Assembly: GCA_963726265.1 (NCBI GenBank)
Contig: CAVSBQ010000002.1
Span: 640,001 to 704,000, forward strand
From: Candidatus Aenigmatarchaeota archaeon
Lineage (GTDB): Archaea > Aenigmatarchaeota > Aenigmatarchaeia > QMZP01 > QMZT01
DNA: 64,000 nucleotides
Direction of reading: 5' to 3'
In this document: one piece after another, positions 1-10,776 of the stretch
How positions within the stretch are numbered: position 1 is the first letter of the stretch
How the letters are laid out: every line of letters begins with the position of its first letter
The notes under the pieces: generated by a model
What the model was told of the DNA's origin: nothing
Seen by the model: only the letters and a program-made list of their open reading frames with translations
Database searches by the model: none
Program-made: the position numbers and the translations under genes

Positions 1-227
1 CCAAGTTGTCAATCGCTATTCACGAAGGACAGCTTCTTTAAGAATGCCAAGCCGTCGTTATATTCAACTATATTGAGATAGCCGTTTAAATTGCTTGCAT
101 GCCCAATATAGCTGCAGAATGTTGAGAATAAAATTTATAAATAACCCATATATAATCTCTATATCTCTGGTTTCATTATAAACCGATATACGTAATGATT
201 AAAGGAGAATAAAAAAGAGGTGATGAT

Positions 228-1868
228 ATGAATGGAGCACAGTCGGTTCAGCCGATTTTTATACTACCCGAAGGAACAATGAGGACGAAGGGCAGGGAGG
301 CGCACAAGAACAACATCACAGCGGCAAAGCTCGTTGCGGATGCCGTGCGCACCACGCTTGGCCCCAAGGGAATGGACAAGATGCTTGTCGATTCGCTGGG
401 AGACATTACGATAACGAATGACGGAGCGACTATCCTGAAGGAGATGCAGATAGAGCATCCAGCGGCGAAAATGATGGTCGAGGTCGCCAAGACGCAGGAC
501 GAGGCGGTCGGCGACGGCACGACAACGGCGGTCATAATTGCGGGTGAGCTTCTTGCGGAGGCCGAAAAGCTTCTGGAGCAGCAGATACATCCGACGGTCG
601 TCACCAAAGGCTTCAGGCTTGCAAAAATAAAAGCGCTGGAAGTGGTGGAAAAGCTGGCGAAGAAGGTCACGATAGAGAACGAGGATACGCTCAAGAAACT
701 GGCGAACACCGCCATGACAGGCAAGTCTGCTGAAAGGGCGTCGGAAAGGCTTTCAGACCTTGCTGTCAAAGCTGTCAAAAGGATAGCAGAGGTCAAGGAA
801 GGAAAAGTCTACATCGACACGGACAATATTAAAATAGAGAAGAAGCAGGGCGGCTCTATGGCAGACACGGAACTCATAGACGGCATAGTCCTGGACAAGG
901 AGATTGTCCATTCGGCCATGCCGAAGAGGCTCGAAAAGGCCAAGATAGCGCTTCTGGATTCCGCGCTCGAAATCAAGGAGCTTGAAGGCGACGCCAAGAT
1001 AAGCATAGATTCGCCCGAGAAGCTCCAGGCATTCCTGGACGACGAGGAGCGGATGCTGAAGTCCATGGCCGACATAGTGATCAGATCAGGCGCCAATGTA
1101 GTTTTCTGTCAGAAAGGCATAGACGACATGGCGCAGCACTACCTCGCGAAGGCAGGCATAATGGCTGCAAGAAGGGTCAAAAAATCAGACATGGACAAGC
1201 TGGCAAGAGCGACTGGCGCGAAGGTCGTTACGAGCATAAAGGACCTGGGCAAGAGCGACCTTGGCTACGCCGGCTTGGTGGAAGAAAAGAAAATCGCCGG
1301 AGAAGAGATGACTTTCGTCGAGAAATGCAAGGAGCCGAAGGCTGTGACCATCCTCATCCGCGGCGGCAGCGAGCACGTGATTGACGAGGTTGAGCGCGCC
1401 GTGGAAGACGCCGTCAAAGGCGTCGCATCGGCGCTTGAACTTGGGAAAATAGTTGCCGGCGGCGGAGCAGTCGAGATCGAGCTCGCGAGGCAGCTGAGAA
1501 AATACGCGGATACTTTCAAGGGCAGGGAGCAGCTCGCCATAAACGCCTTTGCCAATGCACTGGAGGTTGTCCCGAAAAGCCTAGCCGAAAACGCAGGCCT
1601 TGACCCGATAGACAAGCTTGCGTTGCTGAGATCCGAGCACGACAAAAACAGGTTGTCAGCAGGCCTTGACGTCTTCACGGGCAACGTGCAGGACATGGCC
1701 GCGCTTGGCGTGATAGAACCGCTTAAAATAAAGGTACAGGCCATAAAGAGCGCCAGCGAGGTAGCGGAGATGATACTCAGGATTGACGACATAATCACCT
1801 CGAGCGGCCATGGCGACAGGAAAATGCCGCAGATGCCGGGCGCTGGCGAGATGGGCGGGGAATACTAA
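228..1868 (+). CDS. ths: Thermosome subunit (group II chaperonin)
   Basis: [18 protein letters not shown] and GDGTTT motifs; GGTGA RBS upstream. Confidence 0.98.
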   Translation: MNGAQSVQPIFILPEGTMRTKGREAHKNNITAAKLVADAVRTTLGPKGMDKMLVDSLGDITITNDGATILKEMQIEHPAAKMMVEVAKTQDEAVGDGTTTAVIIAGELLAEAEKLLEQQIHPTVVTKGFRLAKIKALEVVEKLAKKVTIENEDTLKKLANTAMTGKSAERASERLSDLAVKAVKRIAEVKEGKVYIDTDNIKIEKKQGGSMADTELIDGIVLDKEIVHSAMPKRLEKAKIALLDSALEIKELEGDAKISIDSPEKLQAFLDDEERMLKSMADIVIRSGANVVFCQKGIDDMAQHYLAKAGIMAARRVKKSDMDKLARATGAKVVTSIKDLGKSDLGYAGLVEEKKIAGEEMTFVEKCKEPKAVTILIRGGSEHVIDEVERAVEDAVKGVASALELGKIVAGGGAVEIELARQLRKYADTFKGREQLAINAFANALEVVPKSLAENAGLDPIDKLALLRSEHDKNRLSAGLDVFTGNVQDMAALGVIEPLKIKVQAIKSASEVAEMILRIDDIITSSGHGDRKMPQMPGAGEMGGEY

Positions 1869-1940
1869 AAAGACTGCCGGGTGCAGTCTGCCCCTTTATT
1901 TTTTAAGATATTTATATTAGGATAGAGCCAAATATTTACT

Positions 1941-2453
1941 ATGACACCAGATATCGCCAGTTCGGATGAGGAATTTGAGATAATACCGACATCGCCTATC
2001 AGAAGGCTTGAAAAAAGAATGGAGAAGGTTGAGGGCGGAACGTATTCTTCAGAGGTCCGCAGGCTCGTGGAACAGGTTGTAGACCTCATAAAGGCGAACC
2101 AGAAAATCATCGACAGCACTATAAGGGCGAACAACGACCTCATAACAGAGGTATCCAAGCTTCCGAAGAAGATGGACGACCTTATTCTGGAGATGAGGGA
2201 GTTCATGAAGCTCCTTAAGGTATCCGCCGAGGAAGAGGAAGTATCGAACGTTTCGAAGGAGGTCATGACGCCGCTTGTCGACAAGCTCTCTGAACTCATA
2301 GATCAGAACAAGAAAAATTTCGAGACAAACCAGGCCGTTTTGACGACGCTGGGCATCATAGAAAAAAGACTGAAAAGATTCTATGCCCCGGCAGGACCAC
2401 CGCCAATGGCACCGGTAAGGCCGTCAACCGACTACAGGTCAGAGCTAAGATAA
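1941..2453 (+). CDS. Hypothetical coiled-coil protein
   Basis: 170 aa ORF, helical heptad pattern, Pro-rich tail. Confidence 0.75.
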   Translation: MTPDIASSDEEFEIIPTSPIRRLEKRMEKVEGGTYSSEVRRLVEQVVDLIKANQKIIDSTIRANNDLITEVSKLPKKMDDLILEMREFMKLLKVSAEEEEVSNVSKEVMTPLVDKLSELIDQNKKNFETNQAVLTTLGIIEKRLKRFYAPAGPPPMAPVRPSTDYRSELR

Positions 2454-2499
2454 GGCGCCTAAACACATCACGTTCATCATAAAATTGGGAGGTTAAAAA

Positions 2500-2928
2500 A
2501 TGAAGGGAATAACGCCAATAATATCGGTAATAATCCTTTTGCTGATAACAATAGGCCTTGCGTCAGCAGCATGGACATACATGAGCGGCTACATGAACAG
2601 CCTTACTTCAAGGGTTCTGGAGATATCGCCGGCAAGCTGCATAGGCGGAACGCAGGTCACGTTCCTTGTAAGAAATGCAGGCACCAACAACATAGGCGGC
2701 GACAGCATAAAAGCCATGAACCTCAACAGCGGCGCGGCAGAAGCTCTCACATGGCAATACCTGAATGGCACCGATGTCACGTCGCCCATAATCGAATCAG
2801 GTTCAACTATCAGGGCAAAAATAACCAACCCATGCACAACCGCTGGCGTAGCCAAAACATGCGAATATGAATTAACGCTTATCGGTTCGACATGGAAACA
2901 GGAGATACCGGTAGCCTGCACGGGTTAA
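2500..2928 (+). CDS. Archaeal type IV pilin-like protein
   Basis: Class III signal peptide MKG|ITPIISVIILLLITIGLA; GGAGG RBS. Confidence 0.88.
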   Translation: MKGITPIISVIILLLITIGLASAAWTYMSGYMNSLTSRVLEISPASCIGGTQVTFLVRNAGTNNIGGDSIKAMNLNSGAAEALTWQYLNGTDVTSPIIESGSTIRAKITNPCTTAGVAKTCEYELTLIGSTWKQEIPVACTG

Positions 2929-2948
2929 TTTTTTCCGCTTATTTTATC

Positions 2949-5783
2949 TTATTTTTCACTTTTAAACTTATCTATATCGAGCTTACCCTGAGCTAGCCTT
3001 CCCCTTCCGCCGCCCGAGCCGCAGCACTTTTTGCAGAGGGTTTTCACTTTTTCGGATATGTCTGTGCGTTCGCTCATGCCGACCACGTCGCCGTTTTTAT
3101 TTATCAGGATTACTGTCAGCTCAGGGTGCCCAGAAACAATGGAATCGGAAAGCTTTATCATCTCATTCCTGTCCATGTCGACAATTTCGAATATCTCGTT
3201 ATTTCTCGCCCTTTTCAAGAAATTTTCCAATTCAGAGCCAGCCTTCTCACTTGACAATTTTTCCAACTCCTTTTTCAGGTTTTTCCACAGCTCAAAGACA
3301 ACATTGCATGCTTCCTTCATGCTTTTGGCGCTTCTTTTTTTTGGTACCATTCTCAATTTTTTATTGCAGGCATCTATTTCACCCGTGAATTTTTTCACGG
3401 TTTTGCCGACCTGTTCCACCGGCACAGAGAAGCACTCCGCACATTCCCTCAGCTGCCTGGACGTATTGTTGTCCGGCCTGAAGGCAGCAAACCTTCCCAA
3501 CTCTCTGGCAATATCATCAAGCATGACACTTTCCTTGTCTGATATCTTGTTGGCTTCCTCGCCGGCAGTGAATTCTATCCTGTCGATGCCGTCCTGGATT
3601 CTGGTCGTTTTCAGTATCTTTATCCTTCCGACTTCTCTGGTGCTGTTCAGATGCGTTCCGCCGCATGCTTCGACATCAATGCCATGGATATTGACTATCC
3701 TCAGAAGCCTGCCCGGGACCGCCCCGCCCTGATAAATTCTCATGCCGAACCTTTTTTCAGCCTCGTTTCTCGGAATAAGAAGCTTTTCGACTTTAATGCC
3801 GCTTTCGACCATTTTGTTGGCCGTCTCCTCTATCTTCTTTACGTCCTCGGCTGTCAGGGGCTGATAGTGAGTTATGTCAAGGTGCGACTTCTCCTCGGTT
3901 TTCTTGGCCCCGGCCTGGTTTATGTGGTTGCCGAGGATTTTTTTCGCGGCTGCGTTCAGTATGTGTGTTGCCGTGTGCTGCTGGGAGAGCTTGAATCTTC
4001 TTGCCTGGTTTATTTTGCACGCCACTTCGTCACCTGCTTTAAGGCCGTGTTTTTTGTCAAGTTTGTGCACGATTATGCCTCCCTGTTTCAGGACTGCCGT
4101 AACGTCATGGCCATTTATAGTGCCAATGTCATGCAGCTGCCCCCCAGATGTGGGGTAGAATGCTGTCCGGTCAAGAATGGCATACTCGCCCAGCACCCTG
4201 AGGATTTTCGCGTGGAAATCGGCAACCCTGTAGTCATCGTAATACAGAATCTCCGTATCTGGAACTCCGTCAAGCGGCAGTCTTTTGCCAGCGCCGGTTT
4301 CGGCAACCTGCGTCGTTTTTTCATGCAGCTCCGATACCCTGGAGTAAAAATCATCAGGTATCTTTATTTTCTTGCCGCGCCTTTGGAGTTCGTCCCTTAT
4401 CATTTCCGGAGGGATGCCGTGGCTGTCATAAAGTTTAAGGAGTCTTTTTTCATCGATGCCTTCCTTCATCAGCTTGCCCACAATCCTTGCCGAATTCGTC
4501 CGCGTGGTTTCATATTTCCTTTCCTCAACGCCGATTATTTTCATGACGTCTTCAAGATTTTCTGTCAGTTCCGGGAAAATGGGCCTGAGATGGGCGGCAT
4601 GCAGTTCACATATCTTCGGCAGTTCTATGCTCCATCCGTATTTGTCTTTGAACATCATGGCCCTTCTTGCCAGCATCCTGAGGTTGTAGCCGCCGCCCAC
4701 GTTGCTCGGCAGGCCGCCGTCGGCCAAAGCAAAAAGCAGGCTCCTCATGTGCTCCGCTATCGAATAAATGCCGGAAAGCGGCATTATGAAATTTTTGAGT
4801 TCGTTAACGTCGGTGCCAACCCTTGCCGCGACAAGCCTCCAGGCTTTCTCCACGTTTTCAATCTCATCCAAATTCAGCAGCCCGGCATGGGGTATGTATT
4901 TTTTCATCAGCTGCCGGTCTATCTTGATGCCGGTTTTCGACAGGAGTTTTTCGATTACGGCCGGGAAGGTCGCATCGTAGATGGTTTCGCATCCCTGGGA
5001 GAACCACGCATTTCTTTCCTGCCCCATGCCCATGTCGAGCACCTTTATGTCAAGTTCCTTGTTGCCGGAAGGCGTTTGCTCATAAAGCATGTAAACCTGG
5101 TTTCCGAGCTCGCAGCCGCGCGAAAAGAATTCCATACACGGCCCGAAATTCCCTCCGCCTGCCCAGGCATCCTCGTGGAATATTATGTCATCCCTCGCAA
5201 GGCCAAGGCCCTTGCTGAGCCAAACGTAAATATCCCTGAATATCCTGTTCTGGTCCCAGGCTTCAGGCTTTACGAACATGTGCTGGCCTATCATGACGAA
5301 ACCCGTGTTGTGCGACTGCGTGATGCCAACGTTGTCTATGTCATTGAACCTCAGGCAAAACTGCGGGATGACTAGGGGATTTGCGGGCGGTTCGACCTCG
5401 CCTGATATCACATATGGCTGGAATGCCGCTATTGACGCATTTGTATATTCCACCGTTGGATTCCACCTCGCGACTACAGGATAGCGTTTTATCGGTGTGT
5501 AACCAAGGCCTTTGAACATCCTAGAAAATTCCTGCCATACCTCGACATAACCAAGTTTTCTTTTGGCAGGAGTGTTGCCGATGAATGAGAAGCCTTCACC
5601 GCTGCATATGGGATCGCCGCATACCTTTCTTTCGGCGTCCGTTGACCAGAAGGGTTTTTTGCATCTGGCGCATATCTTTCTGGCAAAACCCTCTTCTATA
5701 AGAACTGAGGTTGCATAATATTTTTCAGGCTTCGACCAGAACTTCGGCTTGAACTCCTTTTTGATTTCCTTATCCGGCTTCAT
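2949..5783 (-). CDS. alaS: Alanyl-tRNA synthetase
   Basis: Archaeal AlaRS N-terminal Zn ribbon, LDMGMGQER, editing motifs HTATH and CGGTH, C-terminal GGG motif. Confidence 0.97.
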   Translation of the reverse strand: MKPDKEIKKEFKPKFWSKPEKYYATSVLIEEGFARKICARCKKPFWSTDAERKVCGDPICSGEGFSFIGNTPAKRKLGYVEVWQEFSRMFKGLGYTPIKRYPVVARWNPTVEYTNASIAAFQPYVISGEVEPPANPLVIPQFCLRFNDIDNVGITQSHNTGFVMIGQHMFVKPEAWDQNRIFRDIYVWLSKGLGLARDDIIFHEDAWAGGGNFGPCMEFFSRGCELGNQVYMLYEQTPSGNKELDIKVLDMGMGQERNAWFSQGCETIYDATFPAVIEKLLSKTGIKIDRQLMKKYIPHAGLLNLDEIENVEKAWRLVAARVGTDVNELKNFIMPLSGIYSIAEHMRSLLFALADGGLPSNVGGGYNLRMLARRAMMFKDKYGWSIELPKICELHAAHLRPIFPELTENLEDVMKIIGVEERKYETTRTNSARIVGKLMKEGIDEKRLLKLYDSHGIPPEMIRDELQRRGKKIKIPDDFYSRVSELHEKTTQVAETGAGKRLPLDGVPDTEILYYDDYRVADFHAKILRVLGEYAILDRTAFYPTSGGQLHDIGTINGHDVTAVLKQGGIIVHKLDKKHGLKAGDEVACKINQARRFKLSQQHTATHILNAAAKKILGNHINQAGAKKTEEKSHLDITHYQPLTAEDVKKIEETANKMVESGIKVEKLLIPRNEAEKRFGMRIYQGGAVPGRLLRIVNIHGIDVEACGGTHLNSTREVGRIKILKTTRIQDGIDRIEFTAGEEANKISDKESVMLDDIARELGRFAAFRPDNNTSRQLRECAECFSVPVEQVGKTVKKFTGEIDACNKKLRMVPKKRSAKSMKEACNVVFELWKNLKKELEKLSSEKAGSELENFLKRARNNEIFEIVDMDRNEMIKLSDSIVSGHPELTVILINKNGDVVGMSERTDISEKVKTLCKKCCGSGGGRGRLAQGKLDIDKFKSEK

Positions 5784-5814
5784 AATTTATTATTTCTCTG
5801 TTAACTGCTTTAAA

Positions 5815-6504
5815 TTAGGAATGGCCAGTCACGCTGAATCGAAAACTCATATATTTTCTCCCAGAATTAGGCATTTCATAAAGGCCGCCGCTCACAACGG
5901 CATTAAAACCTTTGATGGAGAGATTATAATTAAAGTCCAGCTCTGCCGGATCTGAAAGATCGCGCAAATTAACTGCCAGTTTTTTATATATTATCGTTGC
6001 TGATGAGTTTGCCTTTATCTTGCCGAAATCATATGCTGGACGTATCCCGATAGCCGCTTCTCCCAGCTTGATTTCCGGCACATAGCCGTTGAACCTGCTG
6101 CTCATTGTAAAATCGCTGTCTATGAAACAGCGCAGCAAATTTTCATAATTATGTCCGATTGCATCATGCAATAATTCACCGGTATATTTGGGCGCCAGGA
6201 CTTTTTTAAGAATATCGCCTGCAACAGCTTTCGGGCTGTTTAATTTCATGTTGCCATGGCCGTCTATAACCACGCCGATTTCAAGAAGGCGCTTCAGCAA
6301 ACCCTCCGCAATGCCGCTCTTGCCTATCTTTATTTTTTCGCCGGCTATCATCTTTGCATGCACAAACGTTTTTTGGCGTTCTTCAGCGGCAGCAGCCCTT
6401 GTTTCATGTCTGTTTACCTGCCTGTATGGAAATTCACCGGAACCGTGCAGGTTTGGGACAAGGGTTGTAAAAAGCAGAACAAACGGCATCCATTTCCGTT
6501 TCAT
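5815..6504 (-). CDS. Hypothetical secreted protein
   Basis: 229 aa ORF with basic/hydrophobic N-terminus resembling a signal peptide. Confidence 0.6.
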   Translation of the reverse strand: MKRKWMPFVLLFTTLVPNLHGSGEFPYRQVNRHETRAAAAEERQKTFVHAKMIAGEKIKIGKSGIAEGLLKRLLEIGVVIDGHGNMKLNSPKAVAGDILKKVLAPKYTGELLHDAIGHNYENLLRCFIDSDFTMSSRFNGYVPEIKLGEAAIGIRPAYDFGKIKANSSATIIYKKLAVNLRDLSDPAELDFNYNLSIKGFNAVVSGGLYEMPNSGRKYMSFRFSVTGHS

Positions 6505-6595
6505 TATTAATTATTTATGGATTTACAATTTTAAAGATGCATGAATTTTCAAAACTAGAAAAGTGGCCCGCGGCTTTTCGGAAATAAAATAAAGT

Positions 6596-6889
6596 TTAAC
6601 CGAAAAGCGCGCTAAGACCCGCTGCTGCCTCTTCTGCCTTTTCCTCAGTTTTCTCTTCTTTCTTGGCTTCTGCCTTCTCTTCCTTCGGTTTCTCTGAAGG
6701 GGCCGCCTGGGCAAACGATGCGCCCTTTATGGCTTCGTTTATATTGACTTTCTTCAGGTTCGCTACAAGGGCCTTTATCTGTGCATGCTCTGCATGAGCG
6801 CCTGCAGCTTCCATGATTTTTTTTATGTGTTCTTCGTCAACGTCCTTTCCCAGAGAGTGTAGGAGCAAGGCTGCGTATATCATTTCCAT
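6596..6889 (-). CDS. rpl12: Ribosomal stalk protein P1 (aL12)
   Basis: MEMIYAALLLH start and GLSALFG C-terminus. Confidence 0.96.
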   Translation of the reverse strand: MEMIYAALLLHSLGKDVDEEHIKKIMEAAGAHAEHAQIKALVANLKKVNINEAIKGASFAQAAPSEKPKEEKAEAKKEEKTEEKAEEAAAGLSALFG

Positions 6890-6890
6890 T

Positions 6891-7772
6891 TTATCCCTCC
6901 TCTTTTTTATCAGCATTTTCGGCGCCTGGTATATTCATGCTATCCAAATCAGTTTTGACCGCTTCCATCTGGGCCCGCGCCTCGGCCAGAAGGGTTCCTA
7001 TAGTATCCTTCGTCGGTATCTTGGCTTCGATCGCCAGACTGACCGCTTCCTTGTATGCCTTCACGCATAGCAGCGGAAGCGTTTGCGGAGTCGCGTGGCC
7101 TATGTTAAGTGCAAGACTGAACGCGCATCTGTAAGCATTGATGATGTCGCTTTCGTATTTTTCGGTTGGTATGAACAGCAAAGCCTTTCCGTATATTTCG
7201 CCTTTGTCATAGGCCGCTATAAGGTTGAGCGATATTTCAACGGGTTCTATGCCGAGTTTCATCAGAATATCGGCAAGCGGTTTTGTTATAGGTTCGCCAC
7301 TCTTTACGACCACGGTATCTTTTTTCACGACTATCTTATCCCCCTCGACGCCGGCGGGTATCTTGACCCTCTGCAGTTCTCCTATCACGGGACCGGGCTT
7401 AAGGCTTGTCGGTCCCTCCTTGATGACGATTTCCTTGGCTGCGATATCGCCCGCTTTGGCGGCTGCGGATGACTTGGATGCCTCTATTATTTTTGCCAGT
7501 TCGAAGGGGTTTACGTCGCTCAGCAACAGTGCAGGCTGGTTTTTTATCAACGCCTCGAGTTTTTCAAGGCCGCTCACGCCCGCCTTTTCTATGGCCAACT
7601 TTATGACGTTTTTCTTAGTCATTTTTATTGTGGCCTTGCCCCTGAGCCCGTCCCTTATTTCCTGCAGCTGTTTTGCCGGGAGCTTATGCATGTCAAGCAG
7701 CCCTATCACTGAATATTTTTTCAGTTCCTTGCTCAGTTGCTCGACTTCCAGTTTTTTCCTTTCTGATACCAT
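6891..7772 (-). CDS. rpl10: Ribosomal protein uL10 (P0)
   Basis: P0 motifs (AKAGDIA, GPTSLKPGP, KLGIEP); position in operon. Confidence 0.96.
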   Translation of the reverse strand: MVSERKKLEVEQLSKELKKYSVIGLLDMHKLPAKQLQEIRDGLRGKATIKMTKKNVIKLAIEKAGVSGLEKLEALIKNQPALLLSDVNPFELAKIIEASKSSAAAKAGDIAAKEIVIKEGPTSLKPGPVIGELQRVKIPAGVEGDKIVVKKDTVVVKSGEPITKPLADILMKLGIEPVEISLNLIAAYDKGEIYGKALLFIPTEKYESDIINAYRCAFSLALNIGHATPQTLPLLCVKAYKEAVSLAIEAKIPTKDTIGTLLAEARAQMEAVKTDLDSMNIPGAENADKKEEG

Positions 7773-7774
7773 CT

Positions 7775-8410
7775 TTACACCTTGAGTTTGATGGGCGGAC
7801 CCATCGTAAGTTTGACATATGCGTCTTTTATGTTCATCTTGCCTTTCGGCAGCTTTTCCTTCACGAAGTTCATCACGGCAATCACGTTTTTCATTATTTG
7901 TTCTTCCTTCATGTCTTCCTTGCCAACAGCCAGATGTATGACAGGCGAATCCTTCAGTCTTATCTTGACCATCCTTTTAGACATCTCGACGAATGGCAGA
8001 ATGCTTCCCTTTGGCGGTATCGGCCTTGGCATCTTGCCCCTCGGGCCAAGGACAGTTCCAAGGGTTTTACCCACAAGAGGCATGAGCGGCGCTTCGCAGA
8101 ACCACCATTCATATTCCTCGGCATATTTCTTGAGCTTCTTTTTGTCTTTGCCAAGGGCTTCCAGATCGCCCCTGACGATAACCAAACCATCCGTTTTTTT
8201 GGCTTCCGGGAGAAGCATGTCAACAATAAAAATGTATTTGCTTTCCCTGCCCCTGCCTTCCGGCAGGGCCAATTCGAGGTTAAGCTTGTTTTCCGGTTTC
8301 TTGAGGTCAAGGTTCTTGAGATTGATTAACAGATCCCAGGTTTGCAGAAATTTCCTTTGCTTGGCCTTTTCCTTCGCTTCCCTTATTTCCTTCAAAAACT
8401 CTTCTTCCAT
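7775..8410 (-). CDS. rpl1: Ribosomal protein uL1
   Basis: RKFLQTWDL, LGPRGKMP, KLTMGP; GGAGG RBS before ATG at 8410. Confidence 0.96.
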   Translation of the reverse strand: MEEEFLKEIREAKEKAKQRKFLQTWDLLINLKNLDLKKPENKLNLELALPEGRGRESKYIFIVDMLLPEAKKTDGLVIVRGDLEALGKDKKKLKKYAEEYEWWFCEAPLMPLVGKTLGTVLGPRGKMPRPIPPKGSILPFVEMSKRMVKIRLKDSPVIHLAVGKEDMKEEQIMKNVIAVMNFVKEKLPKGKMNIKDAYVKLTMGPPIKLKV

Positions 8411-8480
8411 CGTCTTAACCTCCTGCTTACGCAGTAAACGGCTAGGATTCTTTATTCTTGTCAATGTGGGTATTTAAATA

Positions 8481-8900
8481 TTATGCCATACCCATGGCCA
8501 TTAGAATCATGTAAAAAACCAGAAAAACGTGCCTGAGCGGCAGTATCAGATGCCTTCTGCGCGCGACGGACCACAGCGACAAAAGGCAGTTAAGCGTGAA
8601 AAGGCAGAACCACGGGAAGAATACCACAAACACGATGCCTTCCGAAAGCCTGTCGCTTGCAATGTCCACAAGATGACCTTCCTCGGACGTCCTGCTGAAT
8701 TTTCTGGCCACGATGCCGTCAAACCAGTCAAGCAGCAGCGTGCAAAAAAGCAGCGTCAGCGCCAGGGGCATGGAATATTTAACAGACAGAAGAAAGAGCA
8801 TGGATGTTATTATGGACATGCCTGAAAGTGCATTGGGATTAATGTCAGGCAGCGGCAGCCTCATGCCTATTGCATCCATTCCATTCCTCAGTTTTTTCAC
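8481..8900 (-). CDS. CDP-alcohol phosphatidyltransferase family protein (short)
   Basis: DWFDGIVAR...GHLVDIASD signature. Confidence 0.85.
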   Translation of the reverse strand: MKKLRNGMDAIGMRLPLPDINPNALSGMSIITSMLFLLSVKYSMPLALTLLFCTLLLDWFDGIVARKFSRTSEEGHLVDIASDRLSEGIVFVVFFPWFCLFTLNCLLSLWSVARRRHLILPLRHVFLVFYMILMAMGMA

Positions 8901-9361
8901 AAAAGCAGGCTTGCTGTATCCAACCAGAATAACACCCCCGTCAAAAGAGTCAATACAATTTCGAATAAAATTTTGTTCCTGTAGCCGTAAGGGAATATGT
9001 GCAGAAAAACCTCGGTTTTAGAATATGGATAAAAAGGCATGGACTTGCCGGCAAGGAAATCAAGCGCAAAATGGAGGACCATGCAAAGCGCCGCTATCAT
9101 GGTCGCGTGGGGAAAAAACAGGTAACAGATGCAAACAAGGGCGGACAGCAGCGTCAGGCCGTATATTTCATGAAATCTAGTTCTGGATGCCGAGCCGAAC
9201 CTTCTTTTGATGACTCCGCTTCCCGTCTTCAACAGATAAGGGACATGCGTCAGGTCGATAGCAACCGAAAAAATAAGAATGAATATAACATAACTCCACG
9301 CATTGCCTATCACGAAATCAACAAAAAGGTAATTGAATAAAAAATGAAAAGCCACATTCAT
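8897..9361 (-). CDS. Membrane-bound metal-dependent hydrolase (YdjM-like)
   Basis: HFLF, DLTH, RTRFH and LHFALD motifs within TM helices. Confidence 0.7.
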   Translation of the reverse strand: MNVAFHFLFNYLFVDFVIGNAWSYVIFILIFSVAIDLTHVPYLLKTGSGVIKRRFGSASRTRFHEIYGLTLLSALVCICYLFFPHATMIAALCMVLHFALDFLAGKSMPFYPYSKTEVFLHIFPYGYRNKILFEIVLTLLTGVLFWLDTASLLL

Positions 9362-10740
9362 ATTTTCCTCTCGAAATATTTTCTGAGAAAGACGGAAAAT
9401 CCCATGTTTTTTTCAACAAGCTTCCCGGCGTCCTTTGATTTTAAAAGCATGAAGCCTCTCGAAATGCCTTTCGCTATATGCGACCTTATCCCATCGCGAG
9501 TCAGCTGCCTCTCTGATTTTCTAAGGAAGCCTTTCAGGAGAAGTTCAAGCTTTCTGCATTTCCTTTTAGCCTCGACACAAAGCTTGCCATTTTCAACATA
9601 AACGTTGTATTTGCCGTATTTTTTCCTGAATTCAGCGGCATGCCTTTCGGAACTGGCAGGGGGACCAGATACCTTGGTCATTTCAGACAGAAGCCAAGTC
9701 TTCATTTCAAATATCATGTAGGCTTTCTTTTCATCACCCCATACATCCTGATGAAAAACATCAAAGTCATTTTCCTCCATTAGATGCGCAAGCCTCAAAG
9801 ACGTTTTTCTCATCTGGGACCAGAGTATGTCATCCACAACTTTGGGCCTGTTAAATTTCAGAACGAAAAGTTCCGTGCCTCTTTTTTTAAGGTGATTTTT
9901 GACGTCATTTTTTTTCAGATAACCTTTATCTATCTCGAAAAACCTCAAAGAAGGTTTTCTGGAGAATTTCTTGCACACATCAACGAATTTCACGAAGTTT
10001 TCCTTCGACAGCGACGCTGCAACATTCCTTTTCGGATCAGTCGGGTCTATAACTATCAATGGTTGGTCCCTGAAATTTTCAGTAGGGTATTCAAACTTGC
10101 AATGATTTTTAAGGTCAATGAATACGCCGAATTTCCATTTTTTCGCGGCATTCAGAAGCCTCCTGAAATCTTTGTATTTTATTATCAGAAGCTCGCACAG
10201 ATAACCGGAAAAACCCAGCGTGCGTATATCGGAGCCGTATATATCAATCGCTTTGCAGAACTGCTTCAAAAGCCTGACGTCATTCGCCATTTTAGGCCTC
10301 AGGTTTTCAAGTATATACTTGTTGTGGAAGGGCGTGCGGTCAACTGCTGACATTATTTTGGCTGCCGATGCAACCTTATAGCAAGGCACGATATCCACAG
10401 AAAACTCGCCAATTTTTCCCTTCACATAGGGGTGCTCAGCATACGCTATTTCGTATTTGCCTTTCATTTTTTTCACGATTTGTCTGCCGATTTCGAGGCC
10501 GGTTTTTTCAAGCCTTTCTCTCGTGTATGTGACCGGGAACAGTATGAAAAGGTCCAGCTCCCTTTTATCAGCGAGCCACGTGTCGCGTATAAACGAACCG
10601 GCTATCGTTTTTTCAAGTTTGAGCGGCCTTATGACGCTGTCGGTGGCAGCCAAAACTTTTTGCAGGACCTCGGAAAATTCCCTCATTTCGCTTTCCTTCG
10701 GCACTATTTTTTCCAGCGCCCTTTTCAGAACGGCATCCAT
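9358..10740 (-). CDS. cca: CCA-adding enzyme (archaeal class I)
   Basis: GSFIRDTWL...ELDLF, YAEHPY, SAVDRTPFH, GFSGYLCELL. Confidence 0.96.
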   Translation of the reverse strand: MDAVLKRALEKIVPKESEMREFSEVLQKVLAATDSVIRPLKLEKTIAGSFIRDTWLADKRELDLFILFPVTYTRERLEKTGLEIGRQIVKKMKGKYEIAYAEHPYVKGKIGEFSVDIVPCYKVASAAKIMSAVDRTPFHNKYILENLRPKMANDVRLLKQFCKAIDIYGSDIRTLGFSGYLCELLIIKYKDFRRLLNAAKKWKFGVFIDLKNHCKFEYPTENFRDQPLIVIDPTDPKRNVAASLSKENFVKFVDVCKKFSRKPSLRFFEIDKGYLKKNDVKNHLKKRGTELFVLKFNRPKVVDDILWSQMRKTSLRLAHLMEENDFDVFHQDVWGDEKKAYMIFEMKTWLLSEMTKVSGPPASSERHAAEFRKKYGKYNVYVENGKLCVEAKRKCRKLELLLKGFLRKSERQLTRDGIRSHIAKGISRGFMLLKSKDAGKLVEKNMGFSVFLRKYFERKI

Positions 10741-10776
10741 AGTTATTCTATTTGCTCGGTATTTTATTAAACATCA

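Noticed and set aside
3651..5375. 574 aa plus-strand ORF
   Set aside because: Antisense to alaS.
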